Notes under the pieces: model-generated
What the model saw: only the letters and a program-made list of their open reading frames with translations
The model's database searches: none
Told to the model about the DNA's origin: nothing
From: Callorhinchus milii
Taxonomy: Eukaryota
Assembly (NCBI RefSeq): GCF_018977255.1
Contig: NW_024704748.1
Location: 11,718,001-11,782,000 of the forward strand
Direction: 5' to 3'
Length of the DNA stretch: 64,000 nucleotides
Shown here: positions 63,781-64,000 of the stretch, piece by piece
How the letters are laid out: every line of letters starts with the position of its first letter
How positions within the stretch are numbered: the first letter of the stretch is position 1
Program-made: the position numbers and the translations under genes

Positions 63781-64000
63781 TTAGGCCCAAATCTTGGTGA
63801 TAATATGGCCGTATTAACTTTTTCAACAACACTATTCAAGACTGTCTTCTAGTATTGAAAAATGTGGAATCATGTTTAGTTTTGCACGTAAGTGGGATAT
63901 TATTTAAAACCTGGTACCTGGTTTCACGAGTCACAGATATACATAATAATTTAATTGAGATGCTGATGATCTTACTGATTTCAGAGTGATTCACAATCTG

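Overview
Vertebrate genomic DNA. The AT-rich introns, L2/CR1 LINE fragments, tRNA-derived SINE with an (ATT)n tail and Deu-domain SINEs suggest a cartilaginous fish, possibly a chimaera (inference). Two spliced protein-coding genes sit head-to-head, each on its own CpG island. On the minus strand is PARG (poly(ADP-ribose) glycohydrolase), with a putative non-coding exon 1 at ~35.4-35.6 kb and nine coding exons from 34156 down to 1008; the gene runs off the left edge. On the plus strand is RPS24, with a 5'TOP start at ~37.05 kb, four constitutive coding exons (130 aa), a cluster of candidate alternative micro-exons (3, 20, 43/9 and 34 nt) and a last exon with AATAAA at 44986. I found no gene in 45-64 kb, only repeats and possible enhancers. 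The most notable structures are the RPS24 micro-exon cassette, the PARG-RPS24 divergent pairing, a near-perfect 177-bp inverted repeat enclosing a solo LTR, and a 53-bp palindrome whose loop is a copy of the PARG splice-acceptor pyrimidine tract. There is no CRISPR array, rRNA or true tRNA gene, and I see no evidence for a wholly new multi-gene system. Exon coordinates were read by hand from splice sites and phases; repeat boundaries are approximate.
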